This document shows positions 63,961 to 64,000 of a DNA stretch of 64,000 bases, in pieces. The DNA lies in NCBI GenBank assembly GCA_038212275.1, contig JBBQUR010000003.1, positions 32,001 to 96,000 on the forward strand. Direction: 5' to 3'. Position 1 is the first letter of the stretch, and every line of letters begins with the position of its first letter. The notes beneath the pieces were generated by a model. It was not told the origin of the DNA, ran no database searches, and was given only the letters and a program-made list of their open reading frames with translations. The stretch is from Planctomycetota bacterium (lineage in GTDB: Bacteria > Planctomycetota > B15-G4). Position numbers and translations under genes: made by a program.

Positions 63961-64000
63961 GATACCCGGTGGCCGCGACCGCTGGACGCGGGAAGCGGGC

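Noticed and set aside
1..64000. Many long overlapping or antisense ORFs in the track (e.g. 857-2431 +, 26571-29315 -, 39824-42520 +, 42402-44234 -, 50001-52160 -)
   Set aside because: They are Arg/Ala/Gly/His-rich shadow frames of recognisable genes, expected in high-GC DNA where stop codons are rare.

Overview
Very GC-rich bacterial DNA (visually above 70%). It is most likely a Planctomycetota genome; this is inferred from a PVC-type heme-c beta-propeller protein, tandem DUF1570-like zincins and carboxypeptidase-regulatory-like repeat proteins. The window holds about 50 genes and one tRNA-Gly(GCC). I found no rRNA, CRISPR array, prophage or intact transposase. Recognisable modules: (1) tryptophan/kynurenine catabolism (TDO, aryl-CoA ligase, creatininase-fold amidohydrolase, and a kynureninase 8 kb away); (2) a lone bacterial-microcompartment BMC-T shell gene; (3) an LpoB-like/COG3014 lipoprotein pair; (4) two radical-SAM plus glycosyltransferase units; (5) a four-gene minor (pseudo)pilin operon carrying a duplicated Cys/His micro-domain; (6) speA followed by a DUF350-like membrane protein, a glutathionylspermidine-synthetase-like ligase and an unknown gene; (7) a BlaI/M56 pair with a visible tandem palindromic operator and a helical-repeat sensor; (8) purine salvage genes. 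The best candidates for undescribed biology are a shared ~125-aa C-terminal domain on two unrelated secreted proteins (possible sorting or anchoring signal), the speA-linked ATP-grasp operon, the Cys/His pilin micro-domain, and a creatininase-fold protein that may replace KynB. All family calls come from motif recognition by eye, not database searches.
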